This document shows, in pieces, positions 62,935-64,000 of a stretch of 64,000 bases of DNA; within the stretch, counting starts at the first letter, position 1, and every line of letters starts with the position of its first letter. The translations under genes and the position numbers were made by a program. Under the pieces are notes generated by a model that saw nothing but the letters and a program-made list of their open reading frames with translations, did no database searches and was not told the DNA's origin. Source of the DNA: Candidatus Entotheonellaceae bacterium (GTDB lineage: Bacteria; Tectomicrobia; Entotheonellia; Entotheonellales; Entotheonellaceae); assembly GCA_965238075.1 (NCBI GenBank), contig OZ250173.1, positions 1,760,001-1,824,000 on the forward strand, in the 5' to 3' direction.

Positions 62935-63954
62935 TTATGCCTCACGCCGCGCCGCGCTTTCCGGGATGAACAACTCCAGCGCCAACAGCCCAAGGGCCAC
63001 CAGCACGAACCATTGGAAGCGGTGCACAAAGCGCTCACGTCGGTCGTGTCCCATGTTCTGGCGTGCCTTCGGAGCGATGCGTTCCGTGTAGATGCGATCC
63101 AACTCGATGGGGCGGGTACCCGCCGGCACGTAAGCGCCGCCGGTCATCCGCGCCATTTCCAACAGCAGGTCCTGCCGCAGGCGCGAGCGCACCTCCCGAC
63201 CCTGGTGCTCCACGTAGGTCAAACGCCCGTCCGCGCCGCGCACCGGAATGCGGGCGCCGGTATCTGCATCACCAACCCCGACCGCATAGATGGAGACCCC
63301 CTGCTTGGCCGCCGAGGCTGCCGCTTCGAGGGGAAAGCTGTCGTGATCGTCGCCGTCGGTGATCAAGATAATGTCTTTGTAATGGTGGGCCAGCGTCGCC
63401 ATGCTGCGCAGCGCGTGGCGGATCGCATCGCCGATCAGGCTGCCGCCGCGGCCGGCGGTATGCGGCCCGACCTCGGTAAGCCGCCGCAGAAAGAAGTTGT
63501 AATCCAGCGTCAGCGGGCATTGCAGGCTGGCGCGGCCCGCAAAGACCACCAACCCCAACCGGTGCCCGCCTTCCTCGCGCATGACCTGCACGAGTTCCCG
63601 GATATCCACCTTGGCGCGCTCCAGGCGGCTCGGCGACACGTCCTCGGCGAGCATGCTGCGCGACACGTCGAGCAGGATCATCACGTCGCGCCCGCGACGC
63701 TGCACGTCCTGCCAGCGCCGCCCCCACTGCGGCTGCGTCAGCGCCACAATCATGGCAGCCACGGCACCGAGCAGGCACAACGCCTTGAGCCACTGCCGGC
63801 TACGGCGAAGATCGGTAGTGAGCCGCGGCGCCACCGCGGCGTCGATAAAGGCCGACAGCGCACGCCGCTTGCGAGCAAAGCCGTAGACGTAGAGCATCAG
63901 CAGCGCGGGCAGCAGCCACAGCAAATGCACGTAAGACAAAGCCGCAAAACGCAT
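62935..63954 (-). CDS. batB: BatB-like VWA protein
   Basis: PQWG, LDVSRSMLAEDV.PSRL, FAG..CPLT.D, ITDGDDH, TGGAY. Confidence 0.88.
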   Translation of the reverse strand: MRFAALSYVHLLWLLPALLMLYVYGFARKRRALSAFIDAAVAPRLTTDLRRSRQWLKALCLLGAVAAMIVALTQPQWGRRWQDVQRRGRDVMILLDVSRSMLAEDVSPSRLERAKVDIRELVQVMREEGGHRLGLVVFAGRASLQCPLTLDYNFFLRRLTEVGPHTAGRGGSLIGDAIRHALRSMATLAHHYKDIILITDGDDHDSFPLEAAASAAKQGVSIYAVGVGDADTGARIPVRGADGRLTYVEHQGREVRSRLRQDLLLEMARMTGGAYVPAGTRPIELDRIYTERIAPKARQNMGHDRRERFVHRFQWFVLVALGLLALELFIPESAARREA

Positions 63955-63968
63955 CGCCGGCCCTCGCG

Positions 63969-64000
63969 CTACGGGATGGAGAGGAAGCGGGTGTTGACGA
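63969..64000 (-). CDS. 3' end of a probable BatA-like VWA gene (runs off the window)
   Basis: ..VNTRFLSIP* directly upstream of batB. Confidence 0.55.
   Translation of the reverse strand, partial: VNTRFLSIP

Overview
GC-rich bacterial chromosome segment, mostly housekeeping and catabolic genes. It carries purH(3' part)-purD-glnB, a TonB-like gene, glpK-gpsA-larB-larC, an acyl-CoA carboxylase cluster, hemE-hemH-hemY, citrate synthase, an F1-only atpHAGDC operon, terC, NHL/DUF1501/DUF1800, murJ, a DEAD-box helicase, tandem ZIP transporters and a batA(end)-B-C-D-E operon. Small, decayed accessory islets sit between these genes. (i) One AT-richer ORF is bracketed by integron-type core sites GTTAAGC and GCTTAAC. 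(ii) An MNT-HEPN/type III restriction remnant lies between two copies of the murJ 5' end. (iii) A PIN toxin-antitoxin pair with integrase and pRiA4b-ORF3 fragments lies between two copies of the batE 3' end. (iv) A two-TA islet splits batB from batC. Four of the five TA toxins are broken while all five antitoxins are open. Other notable items are a protein with an apparent tandem Sm/Hfq-like fold, a ferrochelatase with an N-terminal Cys-rich insert (and a 1-nt frameshift), a degenerate LarC, inverted heptamer repeat arrays and nested REP-like palindromes. No rRNA, tRNA or CRISPR array was seen. All calls are by-eye motif recognition without database searches, and the organism cannot be identified with confidence.
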